Part shown: positions 11,087-23,292 of the stretch, piece after piece
Numbering within the stretch: position 1 is the stretch's first letter
How the letters are laid out: each line of letters begins with the position of its first letter
Source of the DNA: Antedon mediterranea
Lineage: Eukaryota > Animalia > Echinodermata
DNA: 64,000 bases
Direction of reading: 5' to 3'
NCBI RefSeq assembly: GCF_964355755.1
Contig: NC_092671.1
Location: 8,990,001-9,054,000, forward strand
Translations under genes and position numbers: made by a program
Notes under the pieces: generated by a model
Seen by the model: the letters and a program-made list of their open reading frames with translations, nothing else
The model's database searches: none
What the model was told of the DNA's origin: nothing

Positions 11087-14000
11087 ATGTCACAAATATT
11101 AGCAACAGTTCCACCAATGTCAGTGAGGATGTGTAGTTGTTTTCGACGCAAGTCTGCATTAGCTACATCTAGTCATGTCAGGAATTATATATGTAAGCCT
11201 CTACTTGGTTTTCAAGCTGTTAAGGAAAAAACTGTGTTAATTCAGCCAAAATCTCGAGGTTTTATTTTACACTGGCTACGATGGAAAAGTGACTATTTAC
11301 AAACACTGCCCCACCTGAGTCAGGGAAAGTATACTTCAAATGTAAACCACGATCTAAGACGTTTTTTAGAAGAGGTATGTACTGTGTGAAATTTGTTGCC
11401 TTTATAAATTTAATACTGATTATTACTGAACTTGTTAATACAAATAACAAATTTATTTTTTAAACCCTGACATTGACCATTTGTATATATTAATAATTAA
11501 TAAGCATTCCATTATTTACAGTTGTCTTCATGAACAGCTTTCACATTACATTGAACTTTATTAACAGAATTAGTTTACAAAAAGGGATACACTTCTGTCA
11601 CTCAGGCCGATCTGATTTCTTTTATTTTTATGACCTTTTTTTTTTATTGTTTTCTTATTTGCTCCCTGTCTTTTTTTTAAAGGTACCCTTTTAAGTACTG
11701 TAAAATTGGTGAATGGCAATGTAAGTGTTTTTGTTTCTTTAGATTGGGACAGATCCTAAAGAGGCAAGATATTGGCTCAAACAATTTCAAAACATCGATC
11801 AAATGCGTGCTAAAATATTCGCCGTTGTACACGTTCATCAAGATATATTTCAACAACCTAAGATGGCAAGATATTTCCTTTTTTTAAAATTTAAGAATCA
11901 CTCTTTTCAATTGTTTTCCTTCTCTCTCTTTTTATAATCACATTTAAAGCAGCTGATGGAGTTACTATATATTGATATGAGTAATATACTTTCTATTTGA
12001 TCCTTAATCATAGTAGCTTATAGTAGGCTATACATTCAAGTAAGGTTAAGGTCAAATAAAAAAATTGTTTCACCTTTGTTATCAAATTTTAGAGCCTCAT
12101 ACCTTTTTGTTATTAATACTATTTTTATTATTTTCTTGAAGTTTCTTTACAAGTTTGGTGAATGATATTTAAAGATGTATTGTCCCCCAAAAACATGAAA
12201 AATGAAGATTAAATAAATCAGACTTTGAATATGTTATTTTATAGTTTTAATAAAGTTAATCACTTCCATAGAAAAAGAAACGGAAACAAAATAATGTTTT
12301 CACTTATAAAATGACAAAATAAATGGTTAAATTCAACCAAAAATACATTGACTGGCAGCCAATTTGACCATTTTTTGCTTTAAATTACATTTTTTTTTCA
12401 GGTACTGTAAATACATTTTTTTTTTATCCAATTTTTGGTCAAAGTGGATAACTATTATGTTACATTAAAATAGAATATTTAAAAAAAAATGTTTTAAGAA
12501 TTATTTTTTCAGGGGGACAATACATCTTTAAATAATATACCAAAACATGAATATCAAAGTTCCTCATAAAAAAAAAATCTTTTTTATTCGGACTAAAGTT
12601 ATAGGATACAGTAGAGTCCCTGAATATTTAATAGGAATATAAATCCTCATTGTATTATTGATAATACTAATTTTTATAATGAGATTACTAGAATGACCTT
12701 ACTGAATATAAAGTTTATTTTTCTGTTTTTATTTCAGCTAGAAGCGTTAAGTTCCAATCTTTCTTTTCTTTTTCGAAATGACATGATTTCATTAATTGTT
12801 CATGGTGCCACGTTTCCAGCAAAAAATCAACCCACTTCAGATGAACTTCAGGTGATTAAAAAAACAATTCACGCATAATTGAAATTTATGTTTTTTTATG
12901 GAAAATTTTAGATTTGACCTAAGGGACCATATCAACATTATTCTACTGTAAAAAACTGCATTTTTTTTATGCATAACCTGCTTTATGTCAATTATAGCAA
13001 GCTTTTTATTAGATAAACATACATCACTGTATTGCAGTGACTGCGGCTCATAAAATTCCATATTAAAACAAACCAAAATCATCTCATAGAGAAATTAACC
13101 TCTATGAGTTACTGCAGTAACTGCAGTAGAATAATTTTGACATGATCCCTAAAAATAATTATTAATTTGTTTAATTTATCAATTTGGAGACACGAAAACC
13201 TTTTTTAGCTTCTTTTTTTCTTTGGTCATCAGATACAATTACCCTGCTGTATGACCGATTGTAATGCCACCCACAATTTAAAGGTATTCAAACACAATGC
13301 TTTGCTAAATCCACTGTTAAAATGCAGTGAAGTCCAAAATCCTTTTTTTGCAAACTTTCATAACCAGGACTTTGAGAATATCGTGCATTATATAAGATTT
13401 ATTCAGATGCCTGACTTGGTATGGTAATAGGACTAGGTAAGAGTGAAATTACAATTTGTGATTTCACTCTTCCCTGGTTAAACCATACAAGTCCGGCAGC
13501 CATAGTATACAATAATGTACTTAATAAAAATAATTGGATATTTTTTTTTAGTTTACAAAACATTAATGTTTATAGCACATCATAAATGTATTTATATCGA
13601 CAGGTATAACCTTCACTGCAGGTTTTGGACTTGGGCAAGGGGTGGGTGTTATACCCACTCCGGTATAAGCCCACCAAAGAGAGATGCTGCATGATCTGAG
13701 GGTTAGAAAGTAGTGGATTACTGTATACTACAACAGTAGCCTATATCAACATACCTGTAGATGAAAATAATAATTACTCTAAATTTCATAGGATAGTTTA
13801 TGCTCTATGATATATAAACAGTTCCTTAAACAGTTAATGTTTAGATGGATGTAGTACAGCATTAGAAAATATTTGCCATGTTATGTGAGACACAAATACA
13901 TCCACTGACATTTCAAACCATCAGTTTATTCCACTCAATAAACATAATACCATAAGGTGTCTACAATTAATTTGCATTAGAATTCGTTACACAGTACTTG

Positions 14001-17000
14001 CATAATAGTACAGGCAAGTTCAAGTGGCAATTTATACATCAAATTATTAATATAATATTTCAAGAGTAGATGATGATTTTTCTGATGAAATAATGCTTTT
14101 ATATAGATCAAGTTGTTTAACATGAATATTCATGAGGACAGAGAGTAAATCAGTAAAGACAGCAAGTGTTGGACTCTGAATGTTAATGACACTAACAACA
14201 GTAAATTAAACTGAAATTAGATTTGATTTCAGGTGACAGCCATTGCATCAATATTAGCATGTCTTTCTCTTTACTTTCAGTTTCAGTATCTTAAATTATA
14301 TTTTGTTTTAATATTTTCATTTGATATTATATAGGACTGCCTATCAAACGCCATAATACATAGGCAAACATGTTGGAACTGATTTTAGTTTGATTTTCTT
14401 TCTGTATTATTATTTCTAATATATATAAATTACGGTATAAATAACTATAAAAAACAAAATATGTATTTTAATTTTTTTTTTTGTATTATTTATTTCAACT
14501 TTATTTATTTCAACTTTATAGAGGATAATCATTTCAGCTGGACAAAATAATGCCAGTTGATATTTAGGTGGGGGAGGGAGGAATTCTTTAGGGGCCCTTT
14601 ATTTTCCAATAAAATACACATTAAAAATAAAATGCTTACCAACCCCCAATTCAATAAATGTTAGGTTAAAAAGATTAATACCCAAACCACAACTTATGTT
14701 TTTTTTTGTGGAAAATCTGTTTTTCTAGGCAAGTCGACGTCGGGTTAATCAGGAGACAATGACTATGGTGAATTTTCTGCAGGCAAGCGGAACGCCAGCT
14801 CACCCGTTATTTCCAGGGAGCAATGTCCTTAAAGCCGAAGCAACGCCTGGAAGTAGCAAGATGGGAAAGGTCATAAATGTCAACACAGATCCATTACAAT
14901 GGTGCTTAGGGTGAGAAAGTATTCATTAATTTAATAAAAATTTGATTTAACAATGAACTTCGCCTGTATCATCCATTAAAGCTTGGTCGAATCTAACCTC
15001 TAGCCATCAGCACAAACTCGGTGTTCTGTAGACATGAATGGTAGGCTAGTGATCTAGAGGTTTTGGGTTCAAGAATTACTTGTGTGTTCTCAAAGTACAA
15101 AATTACATCAGAGTAAATATCTGACTAAATAACAATTAACAACTAATGTGTAACACATTTAATTTAACTTTACAATCAATTGTGTTAATAATTGATGTAT
15201 TTTACGTTAAAGGTCAAAACTTGAATAGCGAAAGCTGATTTATTTGGGTCTTTTTTGTAATTGTTGTTTTTATATTATGTTATTATGTTATGAGAGTGAC
15301 AAATAAAGTATTTACATACACAAATAAAGTATCTACACACATTGAATGTATGTTTCTCATTCATAGGTGGATTCAAGAGGGCTTCCCCTAAATTTTGCAG
15401 ATTGTAATGCAAAAGATAAATTTTTAGACCCTGGCCCCTACCCCCTTTTTAAAAAATCCTAGAACCGCCACTGTCAATGCTAGTTTTTATTTTTGCTTTA
15501 GCAATAATATAGTAGTTGATTGGTATGTTAGTGGGTGATAGAGTCAATTATAAGTTAATTACAGATACACATATAATAGCTTCTTGCAGTATTGCAGCTG
15601 TATCTCAATAGGTTGAACCCACTCAATCCAAAAAGGTCAAGATTCTTACACAATTGCTGTACTTTGTTTATTTAACAATTTTGTTATTTATTTAACTATT
15701 AAGTGAAAGTTGTTTAACTGCTCTGTGTATAGACTATTTTATAATAGATAGATTTAAATACTAATCCATGCTTTCTATAAGCCTCACCAAGTGTAAGCAA
15801 TATTGTGAAGGTTAACTATACTGTAATTCTAATAATGAAATCCAAGGGTCAAAATAAAATAAATTGAAATGGAAATGAAAGGATGAAATTTATAAAATAT
15901 AAAACTGTAATAAATAGTCATAACATTTCTTCGAATATACAGCAATCATAAATATTGTAAATATTGTTGACCTTTATTGTGCCCCTTATTTTTATAATAA
16001 TTCTGTAAAACTATTACCAAAATATAAGAGTGTACAAATTCCACTCCGAAAAAGCTCTTTTCTGCCTTATATAAGTAACTCTCATTAGCTCTTATAATGG
16101 AATATAGTTTTTGCAAGCTTGACATTTCTTTTTAACTTTATAGTTAAATGATTTAGCTATTTGCTCTCCATTGAGATCCAGCTACTAATGATACCCACAG
16201 CAATGTCATTTTTTTCAGTCCTTATTATTTCTGTATCTATCTCTTGAGATCCAGCTACTAATGATACCCACAGCAATGTCATTTTTTCAGTCCTTATTAT
16301 TTCTGTATCTATCTCTTGAGATCCAGCTACTAATGATACCCACAGCAATGTCATTTTTTTCAGTCCTTATTATTTCTGTATCTATCTCTTGAGATCCAGC
16401 TACTAATGATACCCACAGCAATGTCATTTTTTCAGTCCTTATTATTTCTGTATCTATCTCTTGAGATCCAGCTACTAATGATACCCACAGCAATGTCATT
16501 TTTTCAGTCCTTATTATTTCTGTATCTATCTCTTGAGATCCAGCTACTAATGATACCCACAGCAATGTCATTTTTTCAGTCCTTATTATTTCTGTATCTA
16601 TCTCTTGAGATCCAGCTACTAATGATACCCACAGCAATGTCATTTTTTTCAGTCCTTATTATTTCTGTATCTATCTCTTGAGATCCAGCTACTAATGATA
16701 CCCACAGCATTGCCATTTTTATATGATAATTTGCCTTTGGATATAAAAGAAATAAATAGAATATATCAAAAAAACAAAATTGATATGCGTTAATATTATT
16801 ATACGGCTTTACCACGTTGAAACACCGGTTCTCGTCAGATCACCGAAGTTAAGCGACGTTGGGCCTGGTTAGAGCTTGGACGGGAGACCATCTGGGAAAA
16901 ACGGGTGCTGTATACGGAGCTGGGGTCCCGTTAGGCATTTGAAATCAGCACTGCTGACTCTTATGGCAGCCCCTGCATCTAGTATCTGCCTCAAACCTCT

Positions 17001-20000
17001 GGTCAAGGTGGGCACTGGACGAGAGAAGCCCTTGATCAATGTTAGGACCAATCAAGGTCCTGGCTTTGTTTGTATCAAAAACCTGTTAGTGGCGGTAATT
17101 ATCGCTGTTGGTTTCGATTGAATAAAATAAAAAAATAAATAAAATAAAAATTAGCTAAAATTAGGTATGCTTTAAAAAAGCTTAGCAGCAGTTAAAATTA
17201 AAAAAAATGACATCTAAACAATAATTAATATAATATATTGTAGTGTATTAATTGTTAAATTATTAATTATGTTCAGTGTTAATAATAAATGTAAACATAT
17301 CTGTACCATCAAGAGAGGCAGGAGGTCTTTAACGCTGGACCAAATTGTTGTTTATTCTGGGAAGAGTAATTAAAAACGATATTTTTTAATAATGGTCCTA
17401 AATTTTGAAAATCTTCTTAGAATTTAACACTTTATATTTAGCTGCATATCTTCATCCAAAGATTTCTAGTTTTGAACTTGACCAAATATTTATGTCACCT
17501 AATCATTACCATATAAAGTTGAATGCTCTGTCTAGACTAATCAAACTTTATGAGACAAAACAATGTCCATATATGGAAATGATGATGTCATAGTACTACT
17601 ATACTTGGGCATATCACTGCCATATTTAGGCACATCATACTTTTTTGTCAATCTAGTTTGATAGTGTAAACAGAGCTTAATACATTTTACATACTCTTTT
17701 GGTTAAAATATTGTCAATTCATTATGTTATGTTATGTATTGTTTAGGTGTGGTCATATGCCAGTAATAAGTTCAATTGGTGAAACGTCCAGCTCGCAACT
17801 GGTCAGTGTTGATGTCCATCAAGCTACTGCTGAGTTGGCCAAGGCATTACAGCCGATGAAAGTTTTATTTCTAAATGATCACGGTGGCATTACAAATGAG
17901 AAAGGAGAGGTAGGTACAATCATCAACTACAAACTGAGATATGAAATGTGTTTGTTTGGTTTTTGAGTTGAATTACCGCAGAAGAAATAACCCATGCTTT
18001 CTAAACTAAGTATAAGGCTTTGGTAAATGTACTGAGGGTTACTTATCCAGTTAACCATGTACTCATAGACAAGGTGGTGGATCTAAGGCCCAACTAAATT
18101 TCAGGAAAAAAAAACAATAAAATATATACAGTTGAAGCTCAAATACCAAAACACTTCTAGACATTTCTAGGTCCAAAAGTTCCCATAATTCTTTTTACGC
18201 ATCCAGAAGGTATCTATATTGGGATATTGGACTGTATAACATTATGTTTTTTACTTACTACTGTTTAGAATTTGGAAAGTAAATTGCATGTTAAACATAG
18301 GATAGTGAGATTAAATTAAATACATAATTATATTGTTATATATATTTGATTCTCCCCAGGTGATTGGTGAGATCTTAATCCCTGGTGATCTTGAGAAAAT
18401 TTCAAATGAAATATGGTACACTGATGCAACTGAACGTAAAGTAGAATATATGAAAGATTTGTTGGAACACTTACCGAGCACCTCAAGCGTGGTCATCACC
18501 TCTGCCACCACACTTCTGACTGAGTTGTTTACTAGACATGGTAATTATTACTATTTTTAGATGTGAAAACGAATACATTTGTTTGTATTACAGACTATTG
18601 TCCTTAGACACCATGGGAAAGGTCCAAAATGTCTGTTTCTTAGAAATTCTACTTTTCAGGACCTCTGGGACTTTTAATCTTTTCACAGCTTTGAAACGAT
18701 GTAGAAAAGTTTGATTTTGAGAGTGTTTACTTGGTGATTTTTTAGGTAATTAATAAAAAGAAAAATTACTTGATTGTTAATTAATTATTGTCAAAATTGT
18801 TGTTTCCTCTAGGCTCTGGTACACTGTTTAAAAATATGGAGCCGATACATGAATTAACGAGCCTAAACGATGTTAACATTAATCGATTAATTGATTTAAT
18901 GTCAAGGTATTAATTTGTACTACTACTATGTGTTCCTATCCACACTGGTTCAGCCGTTCTCATTCATCTAGCTCAGTTTAGATTTTTGAACATGGAATCA
19001 GTTTTTTTATTATTTCATACGCATCCAACAGCGAGTAATTCGCCAATTACAGGATGGATAAAATATTTTATGATTTATCATGCTTATAAACTATGTCTCA
19101 TTTGAGGCTTAGGAGTGCAGTTGAAGGAGGTGTTAGTTACAACCTGGCACTAGGTCAGGATTGAACCCTGAACATTGGGACTGGAAGGCAATCATGTTAA
19201 CCACCAAGCTACAGCTCCACTTTTGTATTATAAATTCATTATTTAATACTTCATAGATAAATAAAATGTTGATCATAGTGAACAATCTTTTTATTTGGTG
19301 ATATTTGCATTGTTAGAGCTTTTGGGCGACCTTTGAAAGAAGAGTACTTCCGAGAGATATCGGACCGACTTGACACAATTTACATTTCGGAAAGTTACAG
19401 CGCAGCAGCTATAATAACAAACGAGGCCGGCACCAGTGTTCCATACTTGGATAAGTTTGTCATTAGTACACAATCACAGGTATGGCTATTTTGTATCATT
19501 CAGCAATTTCACACCCACCCTCTGAATTTAAATCATTGGCAATTTATGTACTGAAGTATGTGCTGAAACAAAAAAAACAACAATATTATTTCTGTAGGTT
19601 ATTGTATGAAATTTATTTTTAATATTCTAAAAAGCTGTTTTTTTTATTACTGTACTAGGGAGAGGGCACTAGTGATATGCTGTGGGATGTAATACGAGGC
19701 AAATTTAAGAACCTGTTTTGGCGGTCACAACATTCCAACAAGATCAATCCATGGTAAGAATAATTGCTAACAATTTTATTTGCAGTGGTCAAATATTCCA
19801 AAGCAAAATAAAGTCTTAAAAACTTTATTTTAACATCAACGATTTTTGTCTTAACTTAACTAAGCAAATATGAAACAATGTAGTTTGTTCAGTAAAATAA
19901 AAAGAACAGACCTTTTGATAAATAAGGCCTTCACTTAAGGACTTAAGGAGCCAATGTCCTTAAGCACTACAAGGCGTGTGTTAAAATAGCCACAAATATA

Positions 20001-20500
20001 ATATTAATATTTCTGTGTTTTTATCTCACAACTTTTTTGTAGAACAGAACCGTTTAATTTTTGTTTGTTTTTCCTGACCTGTTTTAATTGGGTTTTTTTT
20101 GGTCAAATAAATAAATAAAATTAAATTTACTTTGTATCAAATACTTAAAAATAAGGTCTCTAATTTAAAACATAATTTAGCATCATTGACGTTTATCGTA
20201 AGTGATCACAGGAGCTGAATATAGAATCTATAATTACTGTACTTCATACTTGAAGCAACACCATTGGTCAGTATTAGGGAGCTTATCATCATCACACCAT
20301 TTTGTTTCAGGTATTTTAAACGTTCTGAAGGTAGTTGGAGTAATAGTAAATGGACTGTGTTCTGGTACGGAATAAACGACCCTAAGCTTTCATATAGGCT
20401 TGTTGACTATGCAGTGAGACTGAAGACTTCCTTTATTGAAAAAAACCAAACATCATCTTTGCGTCTACCATCTAAGATGGAATCGACTTCAAAAGTGTAA
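11087..20500 (+). CDS. NAGS: N-acetylglutamate synthase, vertebrate-type (AAK-like domain plus NAT/DUF619 domain), 10 coding exons
   Basis: Exons 11087-11374, 11743-11865, 12738-12851, 14729-14910, 17747-17909, 18360-18540, 18813-18906, 19317-19479, 19659-19753 and 20311-20500 join in frame. Motifs EARYWLKQF, LQWCL, TELFTRHGSGTLFKN (arginine-binding signature), PYLDKF, LFWRS and INPWYFKRSEGSW match human NAGS. The basic, Ser-rich N-terminus resembles a mitochondrial presequence. Confidence 0.93.
12169..12531. mobile_element. TTAA-flanked non-autonomous DNA transposon (Kolobok-like)
   Basis: TTAA-AGATGTATTGTCCCC ... GGGGACAATACATCT-TTAA: perfect TIRs, a TTAA duplication and RR termini. Confidence 0.75.
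12920..13152. mobile_element. MITE with imperfect TIRs (PIF/Harbinger-like)
   Basis: TAAGGGACCATATCAACATTATTCTACTG ... CAGTAGAATAATTTTGACATGATCCCTAA inverted ends. Confidence 0.6.
16171..16709. repeat. 72/73-bp minisatellite, ~7.5 copies, in NAGS intron 4
   Basis: Unit TTGAGATCCAGCTACTAATGATACCCACAGCAATGTCA(T)6-7CAGTCCTTATTATTTCTGTATCTATCTC. Internal copies differ essentially only in T-run length. Confidence 0.97.
16800..17149 (+). mobile_element. 5S rRNA-derived SINE (SINE3-type): 5S head 16800-16914, body, A-rich tail
   Basis: Near full-length 5S-like sequence (CCGGTTCTCGTCAGATCACCGAAGTTAAGC ... GGGCCTGGTTAG ... CTGGGAA ... GGTGCTGTA). There is no oligo-T terminator; ~200 bp of body follows, then an (AAATA)n tail at 17121-17149. 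Confidence 0.8.
17524..17680. mobile_element. MITE family A copy (TIR AGCTCTGTCTACACTATCAAA)
   Basis: Inverted termini GCTCTGTCTAGACT ... AGTGTAAACAGAGC and a shared core (GATGATGTCATA, CCATATTT[A/G]GGCACATCA). Confidence 0.8.
19003..19222 (-). mobile_element. tRNA-derived SINE copy (possibly composite)
   Basis: On the minus strand a tRNA-like head carries an A box (GTAGCTTGGTGGTT) and a B box (GGTTCAATCC). The 3' part (CATCCAACAGCGAGTAA..CGCCAATTACAGGATGGATAAA) is shared with the copy at 32750-32985. Confidence 0.6.
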
Positions 20501-20910
20501 TAATTAAATTGGCAATAATCTATGGTTTAATAACCAACACTAACCAGAATTTTTGTTTTTATTTATTTCTTCAATATCAAAATATTGCTGTTCAGTCTCC
20601 TTAAATTTTTATTTTTTATTTCTTGTATATAAATTTGGCTAAGAAATGTTCACCATCTATCGTTTTTGTCCTGATGATTGAGAAATTAAACGTAATGCAC
20701 CCCAAATTATTTCAGCGAGCTTTCCATTGATGTTGAAATGAGATAATCATAATATTCCATCTAGTAAGTTTGCTTGCTATCAACAAAGGAGCATAAGTTT
20801 AATTTTCAATATAGGAGGAAGAAAGTATAATTATCAACTTAAAACGAAGAAAGTTTAATTTGGAAGCAGATGAGAAGTACAGTAGGTGGTCAGTGACCAA
20901 TTTTAAGTTC

Positions 20911-21050
20911 AAAAGCTCTGTTTACACTATCAAACTTTATGTGATAAAAAAAAAATGTGATGTGCCCAATGGACAGGATGATGTCATATCACTACCATAT
21001 TAGGGCACATCACTACATAGTATGAGTTTGATAGTGTAGACAGAGCTTTA
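20911..21050. mobile_element. MITE family A copy
   Basis: AAAGCTCTGTTTACACTATCAAAC ... GTTTGATAGTGTAGACAGAGCTTTA. Confidence 0.85.
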
Positions 21051-23292
21051 GTTGGCTTTAATCTTCATCAAATTCTTCAACTTTTACTGTATTACAACTT
21101 TTAAATCTTATCTGATTATTTGGATTCCAATATGTTCTGAGTTTCTGTTGCTTGTAATCTATACCTTCTGATAACTATTCATTATTTCTGTGCAATTTTT
21201 ATATCCTGTGTGAATCGTTACAGACACAGGGTAGGTTAACACAGACCTTTCAAACTAATATTTATTATTCTTCTAAATTGTTTATATCTCATTTATTCTG
21301 GAAGTGTGTGTATAAATTGGTATATCTTTAAACAGGCACCATTTTCAAATTATTTAACAGGAAGGTAAACAAAAATAAAATATATTATATATTATTTGTC
21401 TGAATGACATCAAACACTGTCCAAAACATTATGTTTATTTAGAACCATTTAATTTAAGCATATAAAAAAAAACAAAAAACTGTGCTAGAGTTAACTTCGT
21501 TCTATGCATGATTAAGCAAATCAACAAACATTGCTTGTGTGATCAGTTAACTCTGTTATGTCTCCATGTTTTTTCACACCGATATAACTCAAATGTAACT
21601 CTGACAAATATCAGTACATTTGCAAAAAAAAGTTAAAGCTTCAAAGATAGAGAAGGCAATGAACAAAACAAAAAAACACAGCTAATTTCAACTAGCATTG
21701 AAACAAAATGTCTTTTTCTCCAATCTACTAGTACTACAGTATTAATACAGTAATATTTGTTTTAAAACTATGGCCAACAACTGTTCAGAGGACATCCTAT
21801 AAGTAGACACTGTTGTATCCATCAATAAATTGGTTCTATTTTGTTGTCTTTATTATTTATCATGCTTGTTATGCATGCTAACATAATCAGCTCTAACAAA
21901 ACAACTGCCTGTTTACAGTTAATACAGGTAATTATTGCATCATTCAAGTAATATGAAAGAAAGTTAGACAAAGAATGGGCTACTGGTACAATCATAGAGA
22001 TATTATAGTGAACTGTATAATCTCTTAATGGTACAATTTACTCTAAAAATATACAAAGTATTCTAGTGCAGTAAATATTTGTTGGATCATTGTACATTGT
22101 ATTACTAAATTAATACACGTTACATTCAATATATAAAACAAAAGCCTTGGTTAGAATAAAAAGTCTTTGGTGCTGATTATTTAAATATGTATAATCTAAC
22201 ATTAAATAATAAATTAATGTTTGTGTCTTCCTTAATGTGTGTATACAGTATATCCCAAAAAGGTGTAGGGAAATATATTAATGTATTTTGGTACAAAGTA
22301 TAACATATACAAAATAAGGGGTTAAAATAGCGTGTGTTTTGGGTGGGCTTGTTTAAAAAAATATTTTTGACATTACTGAAAATGTTTAAAAAGAGAACTT
22401 CCAAAATCACTTTTTATTGTATGTTCTCGCAGATGAGTAAATCCTATAATACTACTTTATTATTGTTTTCATTGGGTTTTAGAATGAGAACACCATTTTA
22501 ATAATTAGGTAGCTTCTGATTTGGGATGACCAAGAAACAAGTGATGTCATGTTTAGTTAATTGATCCCTAATCAATTCCTCAGTTTAGGTGGATTCTAGG
22601 ACGAGAGGATGATCATCGACACAATGTACATGCAGGTTGTAAGTTCTAGGTCGTTAAAAATCAAAAGTGCCATATTTTTATCTACATGTACTAAAAGTAA
22701 AGAGATATTTAGTAACAGTGTTTGGTCTGTATAGACTCCTGGTTCATTTAGACAAGGAAACATGTAAAGGTCTTCAGTTGGTGGCATTGGTACAATGTGT
22801 ACAGCATTTAAAAATGTCTCCTACATGTGTTCATGGTAGATACAATATATAAAGTGTTATAAAAAGAGGTTAACAGGGTTTATATGCAATAAAGTATGTG
22901 TTTTACTTCACCTTAATTTTGTAGTATCCATGCATACGAGGTTCGGTATACTTAGTTACATTGGCATCGGAATGTTTTACTGGTAATTCAATTTCTGAGC
23001 ATGCTCAGAATGACTTTACATATTCGAGTAGTCAATCGTGAAAGGTCGCTGTTAGATATACAGCCTTTCATTATAAATGTTTATAATCGATATAAAATTG
23101 TTTAAGCATGCTACTATGTCACTCGGAAGCTCACAGAGGCAGTGTAGTACGTGTTGCTACAGTATATTCATCATAATATACAGTAGTCACAAAATAAGTC
23201 ATAAACGGCGAAAATATGGTAATAGTACTGCTGTATTTATTCTCTTATACTGAAACAAATGCGATATCATAATGTATTAATGTTAAACAAGT

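Noticed and set aside
16171-16709. CRISPR-like array, or repeat-protein ORFs (MTLLWVSLVAGSQEIDTEIIRTEK)n
   Set aside because: Head-to-tail identical units with no unique spacers and no cas genes. It lies in a eukaryotic intron, and the frame breaks at T-run variants.
16800-16914. Functional 5S rRNA gene
   Set aside because: Single intronic copy with no oligo-T terminator and substitutions in conserved positions; it continues into a body and A-rich tail.
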